This document shows positions 34,270 through 36,768 of a stretch of 36,768 nt of DNA, in pieces (within the stretch, counting starts at the first letter, position 1; the number at the start of each line of letters is the position of its first letter). The stretch lies in the NCBI RefSeq assembly GCF_001194135.2, contig NC_068986.1, positions 42,206,599 to 42,243,366 on the forward strand. Reading direction: 5' to 3'. The notes under the pieces were generated by a model. The model worked only from the letters and a program-made list of their open reading frames with translations. It was not told the origin of the DNA and searched no databases. This DNA comes from Octopus bimaculoides. Taxonomy: Eukaryota. Both the position numbers and the translations under genes were made by a program.

Positions 34270-36768
34270 TACATACACGAGAAGAAAATTGGTAAGTAAA
34301 GCAGGGTGTATATTGTTTTGGTGTGGAATCCTCCATTAACCCTACGAAACTCAATAGCGCCCTAAAATACGCTAAAATTCACACGCAATTAAATATGAAA
34401 GAAATAAATGTAATATTAGAAGCGAAGAAATCAGTTATAGGCTTTGATAATAAACTCTGGGTCCGAAAGGATACTCCTAACTCTTTTGATATCACCATGA
34501 GAGCCCCAGATTCAGCACAGGTAACTGACCTGGTAGGCATCTATTTGCTATCATACATACAGGAGGAATTCCCAGAACTTAAAGGCGGATTATACAGGGA
34601 CGACGCCCTCTTCATAATAAAGAAAACCTTAAATAGGAAACTAGGGCTTAACAAGAAAAAACTACGCAAATTCTTTAAAAGATTTGGACTATCTATTTCT
34701 ATTGAAAAGGGACACACCTCTATTAACTACTTAGACGCAAACTATAACCTAGCCACAGAACTCCATGAACCCTATACAAAACCCAACACGAACCTCAAAT
34801 ACATAAACACCGTCTAGTAACCACCCAAACTTTATTAAGTGAGGCCTAGTACATTAGTAATAGAATAGTAATAGAATATTGCGCTCTCTTTCAACATAAA
34901 TATCTTTAATAGACATAAGGAAATTTATAATTCCGCACTACAGAAAGCAGGATTTAAACAAAAAATTAAATACCTTGACCCTAATGCCCATACAAGTAGC
35001 CCAAATAACAGAAACTCACTCACTAATACCATTAATACCAACCCCACATCGTACATCACTACAAACTACACCAACAATAAGAACGGTATCGGTAACTCCA
35101 ATAAAAGCAACACCAATATGAACAACACCAAGGCCCATACACAAACCACCAATAATAACAAAAATAACCACAACACTAATACTGATAAAGGGATAATCAA
35201 TAACTTTAACAATATTAACATAACTGATAACACCAAGTACACAGATAAGCCTCAGAATAACATTAGCTACAAAAATAATACTATAAATCTACATATCGGT
35301 ATGAATAAAACTAAAACGCCCCAGAACCAATATGAACCCTGTTAATAACAAGAAAACCATGCCATCTAGTCCACATAAACNNNNNNNNNNNNNNNNNNNN
35401 NNNNNNNNNNNNNNNNNNNNNNNNNNNNNNNNNNNNNNNNNNNNNNNNNNNNNNNNNNNNNNNNNNNNNNNNNNNNNNNNNNNNNNNNNNNNNNNNNNNN
35501 NNNNNNNNNNNNNNNNNNNNNNNNNNNNNNNNNNNNNNNNNNNNNNNNNNNNNNNNNNNNNNNNNNNNNNNNNNNNNNNNNNNNNNNNNNNNNNNNNNNN
35601 NNNNNNNNNNNNNNNNNNNNNNNNNNNNNNNNNNNNNNNNNNNNNNNNNNNNNNNNNNNNNNNNNNNNNNNNNNNNNNNNNNNNNNNNNNNNNNNNNNNN
35701 NNNNNNNNNNNNNNNNNNNNNNNNNNNNNNNNNNNNNNNNNNNNNNNNNNNNNNNNNNNNNNNNNNNNNNNNNCAGAACCAATATGAACCCTGTTAATAA
35801 CAAGAAAACCATGCCATCTAGTCCACATAAACCCTACGCAAGCAACACCAATAAAACAGACAAAAATAACAGAAAAGTGAAATCCAGCTATGGAACTAAG
35901 CTACATAGCTATAACCATAAATTCACACGACGCACAAACAAGGAGGGTAGCTTCTATACCAGAAAAAAAGAACAATACGAAAATAAACAAAATAGTGATA
36001 AAATCTGGCTCGTAATCCCCTACACCATGCACCTCAAATCAAACATAGTTCACTCATTAATGAAAATCATAGATAAACAACTTAACGTTAATAATAAATA
36101 CGCAGAATTATCTAGGAATAAAATTAGAGTAGGCCACAGCCTGACCAATAACTTAGCTACAATCATAGCCTCAATAAAAAAAAAACTAGACAAATTCTAT
36201 GAAACTTGAAAATTATGAACAATAAAAATAATAACCAATCTACTAATAGAACTAAGCCCACCAATAACGTAGCACCCCCTACTAACTTAGATATAGACCT
36301 GAACAGTAATAGCCCTCCACAACATAACACGAACACAGATATACCTAATAATTTATGTGGTTGCAGGGATAGAACAAAGTGCCATTTCTCAAATAGATGT
36401 TAGACAAATAACGTAGTTTACCAATGTAACAAATACAAACGAACACGTATTAACAGAGAATATAGGTGATACAGACACTCCCCATACACACATGTACTTA
36501 CAAAAGACACAGACACATTGAAGGACACGCATGCGTAGACACATACAATAGGAATACAAAATACAAAATGGCTGATAGTTAGCAAGGTGAGACACACATA
36601 AGAAGGAAACAAAGGACCACTGATGAGGTCACAGAAGTGTGACGAAAGAACTCTGGCCGAAATAAGATTAAGATTAATGTAATATAAAGCTGAAGCAAAT
36701 TAACACCAAATATACAGTGCGTGTGTTTTTATTGGCTAAACTGGCAATATGACCATCCCCAAGTACAA
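34270..36768 (+). mobile_element. Penelope-like retroelement (Naiad-type), defective: RT, long Asn/Thr-rich linker, degenerate GIY-YIG, 3' hammerhead
   Basis: RT motifs FDITMRAPDSAQVTDLVGIYLL, GLYRDDAL and INYLDANYNL...PYTKPN. Downstream KIWLVIPY..IRVGHSLTNN and CGCRDRTKC..RC*TNNVVYQC..NIG. Contains stops and frameshifts. Confidence 0.85.
36614..36658 (+). ncRNA. Minimal type I hammerhead ribozyme at the 3' end of the Penelope-like element
   Basis: gg(a)cca CUGAUGA g GUCACA-gaag-UGUGAC GAAA gaac UC uggcc: intact core, 6-bp stem II, 5-bp bulged stem I, predicted cleavage after C36653. Confidence 0.72.

Noticed and set aside
35322-35832. 59-bp direct repeat on both sides of the gap (35322-35380 and 35774-35832)
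   Set aside because: Identical sequence flanking an N-run is typical of an unmerged contig overlap. The same applies to the duplication around 3470-3479.
1-36768. CRISPR arrays, operons, rRNA genes, prokaryotic defence systems
   Set aside because: No regularly spaced repeat-spacer array, no rRNA similarity recognised and no prokaryote-like gene density; the window is eukaryotic repeat-rich DNA.

Overview
AT-rich, microsatellite-dense animal genomic DNA with nine N-gaps. The SINE families and composition suggest an octopus-like cephalopod (inference). There is no long intact cellular ORF, and most entries in the ORF track are microsatellite or gap artefacts. Most of the identifiable sequence is decayed mobile elements: two mariner elements (one nested SINE>mariner>SINE), a Tc1-like element with DD36E spacing, a 5'-truncated CR1-type LINE, an R4-like RLE retroelement, several Penelope-like (Naiad-type) pieces, three kinds of tRNA-derived SINE, two non-autonomous Helitron-like elements and a foldback/MITE-like element. 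Three minimal hammerhead-ribozyme motifs sit at Penelope-type termini. All three have a one-purine insertion after the CUGANGA box and a vestigial stem III. Manual splice-site reading suggests the 3' ends of two convergent host genes made of small exons. The plus-strand one (477-6576) has a 17-nt microexon and ends in ...SQYV*. The minus-strand one (about 19029-10842) has a 9-nt microexon and ends in ...SSCYLN*, possibly a Rab-like tail. Both gene models are unverified predictions. All alignments, folds and counts were done by eye.
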